From NCBI GenBank assembly GCA_009838195.1, contig VXSC01000036.1:157300-221299 (forward strand): a DNA stretch of 64,000 nt. The letters run 5' to 3'. This DNA is from Rhodothermaceae bacterium (lineage in GTDB: Bacteria; Bacteroidota; Rhodothermia; Rhodothermales; Bin80). A program made the translations under genes and the position numbers. The stretch's first letter is position 1; the number at the start of each line of letters is the position of its first letter. This document shows, in pieces, positions 55,531 through 64,000 of the stretch. Below the pieces are notes generated by a model. The model ran no database searches. It saw nothing but the letters and a program-made list of their open reading frames with translations, and was not told where the DNA came from.

Positions 55531-57054
55531 TCAGTGGTTTATTACACTGAGGGATACCATCCGTGGAATATTCCACCGGTCTCGAATGGATAGTCGCGTC
55601 GTTTCACCAGCATCACGCAACTGTTTGATTGCCTCCTCGACCGAACTGACCATCCGCCCGTCGATACGCTCAACTAGTACACCTACTTTCAGATACTCCA
55701 TTTCTTCCTGACGCGTCACACGCTGTATGATTATACCTTCAAGATCCCCATACTGTGCCTCATCCTCCTCCGATTTATCCCGTACCACCAGCCCCCACTT
55801 GTCCAGATACCGTGCAGTACGTGCCTTGCGGTCTGGACGATAACCCATTTCGAGCAACCAGGAAGAAACTCCTGGATGGTCTTGTCCAAGGAGCCGAAGT
55901 TGCAAGCTATCCACCTGCCCATCCCGCCAGTATGCGACTCCCACTGTGGAATAGGGATACTTCAAAAGGATCGCACTTTGTAGCTGATTGGGCCTGTTCA
56001 CCGGCCTCCCGTCCACCTCAAGAATCACATCTCCTGGGCGTAATCCAGCAATTTCTGCTGCACTTCCAGCATAAACCTGATCCAAAAACACGCCCCGGAC
56101 CGCCACCATCCCCAATGCCTGGGCTAATTTTGCATCAACATCTGCAGGGACGACCCCCATGTAACCACGTCGAAATTCACCGAATTCAATTAGGTCACTG
56201 GCAACACGGACGACGAGATTGACCGGAATGGCGAAGCCATAACCTTCATAAAACCCACTGTTCGTTGCGATCGCTGTATTAATCCCGATGAGTTCTCCGC
56301 TTAGATTGACTAGTGCACCACCCGAATTCCCGGGATTTATCGCCGCGTCCGTCTGAATAAAATCCTCCACGCCAAAGTCCGCATCAATAATATTCATGGA
56401 CCGCCCTACCGCACTGACAATCCCTGCCGTGACGGTTGAATTAAGTTCCATAGGATTCCCGATTGCCAGAACCCAGTCTCCCAATTGCAGTGTTTCTGAA
56501 TCTCCAATGGTCATGGCCTGCACACTCTTTCCCGGGCTCAGAACAATCTGAATGACTGCAAGATCTGTCGAGCGATCAACCCCAACCGTATACGCCTCAT
56601 ATTCCCGCTTATCGGCAAATAGAACATGCAACTTCCCTGCGTTCTCAATGAGGTGGTGGTTGGTCACAATATGCCCCTGTGGGGTAATGACAACGCCACT
56701 CCCCTCGCTGTCTCGAATCATATCTGAATCAGACGAAGACCACAAATAGGAATGCCAGCCCGATTCGGTGCTCACCGAAACCACTGACTCAACTGCGCCA
56801 CGGGCAACGCTGCGAAATGCACTGCCGAGAGTCATGGCCGGTAATAATTCCGATTCTGATGACCCCTTTTCTGTCTCAGTCCGCTCCACGAGGCGGATTT
56901 CCGCCAGTTGAGATTCTCGTGGAGGACGATCAATAATGAGCATGACCAAGATTCCCGCCAATAATCCCACACCGACCAAGCTGATCCCTGTAAAAAATGA
57001 AAAAGGCGGGCGGCCTATACTGAATCGATATGCTGTTGTTTTCGGCTCATCCAT
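55531..57054 (-). CDS. htrA: HtrA/DegQ-family periplasmic serine protease with two PDZ domains
   Basis: Catalytic contexts VTNHHLI, STDLAVIQI and GNSGGALVNL, followed by two PDZ-like segments. N-terminal TM anchor. Confidence 0.9.
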   Translation of the reverse strand: MDEPKTTAYRFSIGRPPFSFFTGISLVGVGLLAGILVMLIIDRPPRESQLAEIRLVERTETEKGSSESELLPAMTLGSAFRSVARGAVESVVSVSTESGWHSYLWSSSDSDMIRDSEGSGVVITPQGHIVTNHHLIENAGKLHVLFADKREYEAYTVGVDRSTDLAVIQIVLSPGKSVQAMTIGDSETLQLGDWVLAIGNPMELNSTVTAGIVSAVGRSMNIIDADFGVEDFIQTDAAINPGNSGGALVNLSGELIGINTAIATNSGFYEGYGFAIPVNLVVRVASDLIEFGEFRRGYMGVVPADVDAKLAQALGMVAVRGVFLDQVYAGSAAEIAGLRPGDVILEVDGRPVNRPNQLQSAILLKYPYSTVGVAYWRDGQVDSLQLRLLGQDHPGVSSWLLEMGYRPDRKARTARYLDKWGLVVRDKSEEDEAQYGDLEGIIIQRVTRQEEMEYLKVGVLVERIDGRMVSSVEEAIKQLRDAGETTRLSIRDRWNIPRMVSLSVINH

Positions 57055-57062
57055 CGAGAACG

Positions 57063-57848
57063 CTACTCTGTGCCGTGTGGATTGTTTCTGTCGAGTGCCA
57101 GAATTGCATCACGGGCCACCTGCGAAAGCGCTCTACGATCCATGCCGGATGTAGTAAGCAATGGCCCGATCCGCAGCTCTATATCCAGCCGACGAAAACC
57201 TGCTAGATGGCGAATACGTCCAATAAAGTTATCTGGATATCTGGGGGAAACCTTGGTGAGTGCCGTACGACCTTCCGCACCCTGAACCGCAGCCCCATTC
57301 ACAGCAGTCACATCCATAAATATCGGTTGCAACCGCCCTTGACCCCAGTCTCTGACACTTTCAAAAGCTCCTGTTTTGAATGGTAGAAGTGTAACTCCAT
57401 CCCCGGTTGTGCCCTCCGGGAATACTAGGACGGAGCCCCGTTGACGGAGCCTGTCTCTAATCTGGGAAGCAAAGGATTTTGCCTTACCTCTTCGACGGCG
57501 GTCAACCAGGAGCATAGCATAGCATTTGCAGATCCATCCGATGATTGGCCAACGCGCAATTTCTGCTTTTCCTGCAAAACAAACATCGAGCTGTGACGCA
57601 AGAATGATCGGATCAATCACAGTCAGGTGATTGGATACTCTCAAGGTGCCCGGAGACAATTTTGCGTCATTGGACGCTTTCACATGTATATTGTGAATAC
57701 GGCAGAATAGACGCGCGGCTACGCCCTGACGCATCATTCTGTACGCCAGGCGCTTCACATCTGGGCGTAGGCGTACCCCAATACTTGTATGAATACTAGC
57801 AATAATCGTCGCGATCAACGCACATGCCATACGTAACCAAACGCGCAT
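57063..57848 (-). CDS. Lysophospholipid acyltransferase (PlsC family)
   Basis: HX4D motif NHLTVID and a VFPEGTT motif. Confidence 0.75.
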   Translation of the reverse strand: MRVWLRMACALIATIIASIHTSIGVRLRPDVKRLAYRMMRQGVAARLFCRIHNIHVKASNDAKLSPGTLRVSNHLTVIDPIILASQLDVCFAGKAEIARWPIIGWICKCYAMLLVDRRRRGKAKSFASQIRDRLRQRGSVLVFPEGTTGDGVTLLPFKTGAFESVRDWGQGRLQPIFMDVTAVNGAAVQGAEGRTALTKVSPRYPDNFIGRIRHLAGFRRLDIELRIGPLLTTSGMDRRALSQVARDAILALDRNNPHGTE

Positions 57849-57907
57849 TCTTCTTACTACTTCTCACCAATAAATCTTGATTTCGATACGACCTTCCCCG
57901 AAATCCA

Positions 57908-59077
57908 ATGCATACGCATAATAATAATGGTCAAGACACAGCCCCCAATTCCGTGGATGTGGTCTTTACCCTGACGGGAGACCCTAAAACGAATTCTCGT
58001 GCACTGCGTCAATTACATTTACTCTCTAAGCTGAATCTCAGTATTCTTGTACTTGGACTTGGGAATTCGTCACGAAAAGGGGATCTCAACATTCAAAACG
58101 CATCACTTCGGTACCTCCCAAAACCGGCTGGAAAGGGGCCTCGATTTTTCTGGCGTGTCCATCGACTATTTGAGTCAGTTTTGCGCAATGTAAGATCAAC
58201 CGTCTACCATGCAAGTGATCTGTACACATTGCCCGCGATGCATCGTGCTGCCAGCCGTCACCAAGCTCATCTGGTCTTTGATTCGCGTGAATTATATACT
58301 CACCTTCCCGCGTCGATTCGGCGGCCCTGGGTGGGAGCAACCTGGAAGGCCATCCAGCACCTATACATTCGGCGGGCAGATTGCGTGTACACCGTAAGCG
58401 AAAGTATCGCCCAGCATCTCCAGAAGCATTTTCGACTCAATACTGTCCATCTAATGCGCAACGTTCCGAGGCCGCAATCCTTGGTCCCCAAAAACTCTCT
58501 GAGAGAGCACTTGGATCTACCCTCAGATGCCAAAATTGTTCTTCATCAGGGAAGCCTGCAACAGCACCGAGGGGGAGCTGCGATGGTCGAAGCAATGCAG
58601 TATACAGATAATGCCGTTCTCGTATTTATGGGTGGTGGCCCGCTAAAACCAGAGATCCAGCGACGGGTGAACGATTCGAAGCTTGGTTCGAAGATTCGGT
58701 TTATGGATGCAGTTCCACCCGATCAATTACTTTCTTTTACTGCCTCAGCAGACATTGGCCTGACATTTCTTGAGGACTGCTGTCTTAATCACCGATATGC
58801 TCTCCCCAATAAACTTTTCGAATATCTGGCAGCTGGTATCCCTGTTATCGCCAGCAGTCTTCCCGAAATTGCGCAGATCATAGAAAGATTCGATGTGGGC
58901 TGTGTCGTCCCGTCTGGAGACGCAAAAGCCTTGGGAAACGCGTTAAATCACGCAATCAAAAATCCCGGACTGCGCCAAAAATGGTCTCGAAATACACCTC
59001 GTGTTCAGGAATTTTTTAACTTTGCTACCGAATCGGAACACTTTCTTGCGCCTTACCGACAACTCGTGAACAAATGA
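57908..59077 (+). CDS. Glycosyltransferase family 4 (GT-B fold)
   Basis: C-terminal EX7E-type region LPNKLFEYLAAGIPVIAS and GT-B two-domain length. Confidence 0.8.
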   Translation: MHTHNNNGQDTAPNSVDVVFTLTGDPKTNSRALRQLHLLSKLNLSILVLGLGNSSRKGDLNIQNASLRYLPKPAGKGPRFFWRVHRLFESVLRNVRSTVYHASDLYTLPAMHRAASRHQAHLVFDSRELYTHLPASIRRPWVGATWKAIQHLYIRRADCVYTVSESIAQHLQKHFRLNTVHLMRNVPRPQSLVPKNSLREHLDLPSDAKIVLHQGSLQQHRGGAAMVEAMQYTDNAVLVFMGGGPLKPEIQRRVNDSKLGSKIRFMDAVPPDQLLSFTASADIGLTFLEDCCLNHRYALPNKLFEYLAAGIPVIASSLPEIAQIIERFDVGCVVPSGDAKALGNALNHAIKNPGLRQKWSRNTPRVQEFFNFATESEHFLAPYRQLVNK

Positions 59078-59592
59078 GCCTATACCGAATCCTCCTTGCG
59101 GTAATACTGATCGCAGGATGCACATCAAATGATGCAACAGAGCCCATTGTAAGCCAGACAGAGCAAGTGCTATCTGCTCCGATGAGTTGGCCTACATTTG
59201 ATGAAGCGGTCGCAACGGCCTCCAATACAGGCAAACTCATGCTCATCGATATCTATGCTCCCTGGTGTGGTTGGTGTCGAAAAATGCAGGAGGAAGTCTA
59301 TACGGATGCCGCATTGGTTGCGTATGTTCAGGATAATTTTGCCTATGGTCGGCTGAATATCGACGATCCCGAAACGCTTCACAGCTTCCAGGGCTACACC
59401 CTTTCATCTCAGGAATTGGGTTACAGCTTGGGTGCGGAGGGAACCCCAACGACGGTATTCCTGCAGAGCGATGGCACTTACATTGCAAAGTGCGTAGGCT
59501 ATTGGGCAAAGGACGATTTTCGCAAGGCCCTGCACTACGTGGGAACTGGAGCTTGGGAGAATCTGTCCTTCCAAGAGTTCTCCCAGCTTTAA
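59074..59592 (+). CDS. Thioredoxin-fold lipoprotein
   Basis: Lipobox LIAGCTS, active site WCGWC. ATGA overlap with the glycosyltransferase gene. Confidence 0.7.
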   Translation: MSLYRILLAVILIAGCTSNDATEPIVSQTEQVLSAPMSWPTFDEAVATASNTGKLMLIDIYAPWCGWCRKMQEEVYTDAALVAYVQDNFAYGRLNIDDPETLHSFQGYTLSSQELGYSLGAEGTPTTVFLQSDGTYIAKCVGYWAKDDFRKALHYVGTGAWENLSFQEFSQL

Positions 59593-60440
59593 ATGCGAAC
59601 CGCGCCGCCCGAATAGACTTCCGGGCGTCGGTCTCTCAGGAATAGCTTACGTGCATGGGATTCTGTGCAGCGTTGCAGATCCAGGTCGGCATACAGAATG
59701 AAGGGCTCACTTTCTGGCGCTCGGGCAACAACTGTACCCTCTGGATCCACAATAAATGAGCCCCCGCCGAAGGTCAGCACATCTTCGTCTCCCGTTCGAT
59801 TTGCCAGTGCCATATAGTATCCATTCTGGAACGCTCCGACTCTCAATTCGGCCTCAAACAGTCCTTCGGGCCACTCATTGAGCGCCCCGGCCTGAGGCAC
59901 AACCACTAGATCTGCCTTCTGCAGAGCTAATGCCCTCAGGTATTCACTGTAATGCCGATCATAGCAAATGGCTGCACCGATACGACCCGCAGCCGTATCG
60001 TAGACCGGGGCCTGTGTGCCGGCAGCGGTATAGTAATCCTGCTCATAGAATCCCTCGTACTGGGTGATATGCATCATTTTTGTGACCCCCAAAAGTGTGC
60101 CGTCTGCATCAATCACTGGCGATGCATCAAATGCGGCATCGCCTTTACGTGCATATAGATTCAGGACGACCACGACCCCCAACCTTTTAGCCGCTTCACA
60201 AAACAGCTCTGTTGTGGGGCCTGGGATCTCTTCAGCCAGTGAGAGTGGAGGCAGATCATTTCCTTCACATTCCGCATAGCACTGCTTCCGATGTTGGGGA
60301 TAAAACGGTGTAAATGCAAGCTCTGGATAGACAACCAAATCCGCCCCTGCCTTCGCAGCTTCTTCTAATGACTCCAACCCTTGGGTCACATTAGCGCTTT
60401 GATCATCGGTAGCAGAGCATTGAATGAGAGCGAGTTTCAT
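59589..60440 (-). CDS. Carbon-nitrogen hydrolase (nitrilase superfamily), second paralog
   Basis: E-K-C contexts VYPELAF, GVTKMMHI and AAICYDRHYSE. Confidence 0.8.
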   Translation of the reverse strand: MKLALIQCSATDDQSANVTQGLESLEEAAKAGADLVVYPELAFTPFYPQHRKQCYAECEGNDLPPLSLAEEIPGPTTELFCEAAKRLGVVVVLNLYARKGDAAFDASPVIDADGTLLGVTKMMHITQYEGFYEQDYYTAAGTQAPVYDTAAGRIGAAICYDRHYSEYLRALALQKADLVVVPQAGALNEWPEGLFEAELRVGAFQNGYYMALANRTGDEDVLTFGGGSFIVDPEGTVVARAPESEPFILYADLDLQRCTESHARKLFLRDRRPEVYSGGAVRI

Positions 60441-60463
60441 GACTGATTTGATTTTGATTCCTT

Positions 60464-61345
60464 CTACTCTTGAGCAGATGAGAGTTTTCGTGGAAATTTT
60501 GCAAGCACAAATCGAGGCAGCCCCGCGAAATCCTGCTTCACTTGAACCCGTAAGCCTCTGTGCTGCTCAAGTAGAGTACCTATGGACTCCGCATAATCAG
60601 CATGGGTTTCCAATGCAAGGATACCTCTGCGACCCAATAAACCATCCGCAATGTGTCTGCTGATTGCCCGATAGAATTTGAGCGGATCCTCTCCACAAAA
60701 TAATGCCGCCTCCGGCTCATAATCTCGAACCATCCGAGGAAGTCCTGAACGCTCATGATCTGGAATATACGGAGGGTTCGCAATGACCAAATCATATCCG
60801 CTACCCACTGAACGTACAAAGTCTGCTGTCAACAGATCTGCAGCGGTGCACTGAATCTCGAGTCCATTCTGAGTCGCATTCGCCCTGGCAATGTGCAGCG
60901 CAGATCTACTGATGTCACATGCAGCCACACTCGCATTTGGGATCGCCTGCTTCATTGCCAATGCAATACACCCACTGCCCGTGCCAATGTCCAGAACCCG
61001 AGAGGGCAACTTTCTACCGACAGCTTCAAGAGCAACTTCAACCAGTTGCTCTGTTTCGGGTCTCGGGATCAGAACCTCGGATGAAACCTGAAGATGGAGT
61101 CCTCTGAATTCAGTATATCCAGTGACATACTGCACCGGCTCATGCGCAGCACAGCGCGCTGCCATTGCTGAAATTTCAGCCACCTGATCCCGTTTCAATC
61201 GGTCGTCTTCGTGAGAAATTAAATAGGCCGGTTTGCACTGCAATATATCACAAAAAATCCATACTCCTGTGCGGCGTGGATCGGACAGGCCAGCCTGCTC
61301 AAATAACACTTCCACTTCCCGAAATAATTCTTTGATTATCATCAA
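60464..61345 (-). CDS. prmC: Release factor glutamine N5-methyltransferase PrmC/HemK
   Basis: VLDIGTGSGCIAL SAM motif and the NPPY motif (VIANPPYIP). Confidence 0.9.
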   Translation of the reverse strand: MMIIKELFREVEVLFEQAGLSDPRRTGVWIFCDILQCKPAYLISHEDDRLKRDQVAEISAMAARCAAHEPVQYVTGYTEFRGLHLQVSSEVLIPRPETEQLVEVALEAVGRKLPSRVLDIGTGSGCIALAMKQAIPNASVAACDISRSALHIARANATQNGLEIQCTAADLLTADFVRSVGSGYDLVIANPPYIPDHERSGLPRMVRDYEPEAALFCGEDPLKFYRAISRHIADGLLGRRGILALETHADYAESIGTLLEQHRGLRVQVKQDFAGLPRFVLAKFPRKLSSAQE

Positions 61346-61474
61346 GTGATGCTCGCACAGCCTACTGGAATATGAATGTCAATACCCGGCCGTACATCAA
61401 AACAGTAGACGCTATCAGGAGATGCTCGTCCGCCCAAACACCAGATCGGGGCGGCCTGGATCCCCCGAAAGACC

Positions 61475-62680
61475 CTACTTCTGAATCCGTGATCTCACAA
61501 CTATTTCTCCTCCCTCCTCATCTTCAGCGACCCCAAACAGTAAGCTATCTTTGACAATGACCCCGGAATGGATCTCCAAATGGAAGGAGAGGCTAATCTC
61601 TCCCAAAAATTGTCCTTCCGCGTTGAAGACATCAAATCGTGAACCTGAATCCCCCGGCTCGCTGTGCATCACCCACAGATTTCCTTCATCGTCACTGAAA
61701 AAATTTTCAACCACTGGCTTATTCCTTGGAATTCTCGTTTCGTCAATCGTCCCTCCCTGCTGCCGAAACCAATCAAACCGACGTTGGACCGCCTCCCGGT
61801 CTGCATGGGTCACCAGGAGCGGTTCAAATTCTTTGGTAACCCGTCTCAAAGGCATCCCCTCGGCTGTGAGTTCAACTAATTCGTAGGTGCCCGTATAGAG
61901 TGTCCATAAGTTGCCATTCACAGAAAACACCCACTCGAAGGCCCCTTGAAACGGTATGGGCATGCTATACCTGCCACCTTCCGAGTCACTATGCTCAAAG
62001 CGATCAATCTCCATGGGACTTTCTGGAATTGCAATCGTATCTATGGGAGTGAAGGATTGATCGAACCGGGCCAACATGGTCTTGGTATCCTCTTCTTCGT
62101 CGTCAAAGTGTAAGGACATGGCGTTATACCGTCCTATCGGGTCAAACCCACCTGGATAAGGTATATGCTCCCATCCCGTGGTGTTGACCCGCTCTGTACG
62201 CAAGTAATTTCCATCTGCGTCCAGGATAGTAAGTTGGCCCTTGCTCATTTCCATCACCCAGATCTCACCTGTCTCGCTGATATCAACTGCGGTAGCACTT
62301 TCAAACTCTCCTGGTCCAGATCCCTTAGATCCAACTGTACGCACAAAGGCCCCACTCGGGTCGAAAATGTGGATTTGCTGCGCGTATGAGTCAAGGACAT
62401 ACAAGCGTCCCCGTCCATCAATATCCAAGGATAGAATCTGACCGAATAATATGGTGTCTTCGCCGATACCACTTCCATACCTCATTTCTTCCACAACCTC
62501 CCATCCCTCGTCCGGCCCCCAAAGTGGAACGCCAGTGTTTTGAACTACGATTTCTCCCGAGGCAAGTGTGTCTACTTTGAAAGATGCTTTGTCTGTCATG
62601 CCCGGCTCTGAGGAGATACACCCGAAAGTGAATAACAAGCTAGCTAGGACGGCCACTGCAGTAATCTTTGAGTTAAGCAT
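61475..62680 (-). CDS. Six-bladed beta-propeller (NHL/BF3164-like) lipoprotein
   Basis: Lipobox LLFTFGC. The blade motif GSKGSGPGEFESATAVDISETGEIWVME recurs in degenerate form. Confidence 0.55.
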   Translation of the reverse strand: MLNSKITAVAVLASLLFTFGCISSEPGMTDKASFKVDTLASGEIVVQNTGVPLWGPDEGWEVVEEMRYGSGIGEDTILFGQILSLDIDGRGRLYVLDSYAQQIHIFDPSGAFVRTVGSKGSGPGEFESATAVDISETGEIWVMEMSKGQLTILDADGNYLRTERVNTTGWEHIPYPGGFDPIGRYNAMSLHFDDEEEDTKTMLARFDQSFTPIDTIAIPESPMEIDRFEHSDSEGGRYSMPIPFQGAFEWVFSVNGNLWTLYTGTYELVELTAEGMPLRRVTKEFEPLLVTHADREAVQRRFDWFRQQGGTIDETRIPRNKPVVENFFSDDEGNLWVMHSEPGDSGSRFDVFNAEGQFLGEISLSFHLEIHSGVIVKDSLLFGVAEDEEGGEIVVRSRIQK

Positions 62681-63164
62681 TCGGCAGAATTGGTCTGGTG
62701 GTGAGATGAGATCTGAAATTCTTAGATGGCCAGTTGCTGGAGGATAAACTGATTCCTCCGTAAGCTGCGATTCTATCGATCAGTGCTTCGCTAAAACGAA
62801 CCTGAGATAGGTGTTGTTGCGGGGGATCATTCTCGGAATGTAATAATGATTTACGAATCTTCTCCACTTTCCGCACGACCAATTTCCCTTTTGGACGAAA
62901 ACTCCCTGCCTCCCCCAATTCATCAATTGATACAAACTAAAGTGACATTTGTAGGGACACCCTCAAGAATGACGAAGGTGATCCACGGTGTTCAAATTGG
63001 CATCCTATCCTGGTGAGTGAAATAGATCGTAGCAAGTTCAGCTTCAAGAGACACTCCACTGGGTAGCCAAAACGGAGTAACTGCATAAATACTTGACTCA
63101 AAACCGCTCCCAATAATTTTTGTCTTTGCCTACCAATATTGGAAACTGATTTGTTCCATGCTTG

Positions 63165-63197
63165 TATAATGTCAGAACTTCAATTGTATTTCTGACA
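63165..63197 (+). promoter_or_regulatory. Candidate -10 box plus inverted-repeat operator upstream of abiEi
   Basis: TATAAT at 63165-63170 is directly followed by the perfect inverted repeat TGTCAGAA-N12-TTCTGACA (63170-63197), 16 nt before the ATG at 63213. Confidence 0.4.
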
Positions 63198-63212
63198 TAA
63201 ACAAACAGAATC

Positions 63213-63809
63213 ATGCGTGGCCTTCCTAGTCGAATAATGGAGCACGCCTCCTCTCTTCAAGAGGGTACTCCTCTGTGTCCGAGAGCTCTGTTGCACTTGG
63301 GCAATCGTGCAGCGGTCGATCAGGCTTTGTCACGCCTCGCCCGCTCAGGTGAACTTATGCGTATTTTTCAAGGCATCTATCTACGCCCAATTAAGACCCG
63401 ATTCGGTATAAGGGCTCCTCGCTTAGAGACGGTCCTCACTGCACTGTCGGATTTATGGGGTGAAATAATTGTCCCCTCTGGCGGTGCCATGGCGAATTTT
63501 CTTGGCTTAACACCTCAGAATCCAATTCGACCGGTGTATCTTACGTCCGGTCCCAATCGAGAACTGCACTTTGGGAAACTCATCATAGAGTTGCGTCACG
63601 CTTCTCGTAGCCAATTAACAGCACCGCATACCAAGGCTGGCGATATCATCCGAGCTTTGCTGTGGCTTGGTCCAGAAAAAGTTGAAGATCATCTTGAAAC
63701 ACTCTGGTTGACACTTTCCAGGAAGGATCTGGACGAGCTTGCAACTGCCCGATCAACGATGCCTAACTGGATGGCGGAATCAGTGAGCATACGTCTAACA
63801 AATGCTTGA
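63213..63809 (+). CDS. Type IV toxin-antitoxin system antitoxin, AbiEi/DUF6088-like
   Basis: N-terminal wHTH-like segment (AVDQALSRLARSGELMRIFQGIYLRP) and the central PSGGAMANFLGLTPQNP...YLTSGPNR motif typical of short AbiEi-family proteins. It is followed by an AbiEii-like ORF. Confidence 0.8.
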   Translation: MRGLPSRIMEHASSLQEGTPLCPRALLHLGNRAAVDQALSRLARSGELMRIFQGIYLRPIKTRFGIRAPRLETVLTALSDLWGEIIVPSGGAMANFLGLTPQNPIRPVYLTSGPNRELHFGKLIIELRHASRSQLTAPHTKAGDIIRALLWLGPEKVEDHLETLWLTLSRKDLDELATARSTMPNWMAESVSIRLTNA

Positions 63810-64000
63810 AGCGAAATACCAGACTTTATCCATTGACGATCAGCGCGATGCATTATCAGTGGCGGAATTTAGCAGTGATCAAAGGGCACATCTTCTGGAG
63901 AAGGACGTGTGGGTTGTCGCGACACTATCCGCGCTGTTTAACTCCCCGTTTAGCCCGCAGTTAACCTTTAAGGGTGGGACTTCGCTGTCAAAAGTGTGGG
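63802..64000 (+). CDS. AbiEii/DUF1814-family nucleotidyltransferase toxin, N-terminal 66 aa (3' end outside the window)
   Basis: Not in the ORF track. My translation from ATG 63802 is MLEAKYQTLSIDDQRDALSVAEFSSDQRAHLLEKDVWVVATLSALFNSPFSPQLTFKGGTSLSKVW. EKDxW...FKGGTSLSK is the hallmark N-terminus of this family. It overlaps abiEi by 8 nt. Confidence 0.8.
   Translation, partial: MLEAKYQTLSIDDQRDALSVAEFSSDQRAHLLEKDVWVVATLSALFNSPFSPQLTFKGGTSLSKVW

Noticed and set aside
62673-62918. 81-aa minus-strand ORF (TTG start) upstream of and overlapping the propeller lipoprotein gene.
   Set aside because: It has a non-ATG start, no recognisable motif or signal, and composition compatible with random sequence. 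It is kept only as part of the spacer finding.
1-64000. Search for CRISPR arrays, insertion sequences, integrases, reverse transcriptases or prophage genes.
   Set aside because: No regularly spaced short direct repeats occur outside coding repeats, and no ORF has transposase (DDE), tyrosine/serine recombinase or RT motifs. The only tandem repeats are coding (LRR, Calx-beta, acidic and Met-rich repeats).

Overview
This 64-kb chromosomal window is roughly 50% GC and holds about 46 protein-coding genes. I recognise no rRNA, tRNA, CRISPR array, transposase or integrase. Start codons generally lack Shine-Dalgarno motifs. Several families (small histone H1-like protein, six-bladed propeller lipoprotein, TAT-exported Gfo/Idh/MocA oxidoreductase beside a GH32) suggest a Bacteroidota-like lineage of the Balneolota/Rhodothermota type; this is inference only. 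Housekeeping genes include amtB-glnK, a PPi-type phosphofructokinase, smc, clpB, moeB, valS, aroC, htrA and prmC. They are interleaved with accessory modules: an NfeD/YqiJ-flotillin pair; an LTXXQ / ECF sigma / anti-sigma cluster followed by a MacAB-type ABC efflux pump; a CusCBA Cu(I)/Ag(I) RND operon preceded by a His/Cys-rich secreted protein; a GH32 fructan hydrolase; and an AbiEi/AbiEii type IV toxin-antitoxin pair cut by the right window edge. The most unusual element is a 5.8-kb gene (35104-40872, minus strand) encoding a 1,922-aa protein. It has a short signal peptide, a Cys-capped array of about 13 near-identical 24-residue 'typical' (animal-type) leucine-rich repeats, seven Calx-beta domains in an alternating A/B super-repeat, cadherin/Ig-like modules, and a C-terminal autotransporter-like beta-barrel ending in Trp. 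Its start codon is non-ATG and it lies downstream of a 0.8-kb ORF-free spacer. All domain calls were made by eye from the translated ORFs; no database search was possible.
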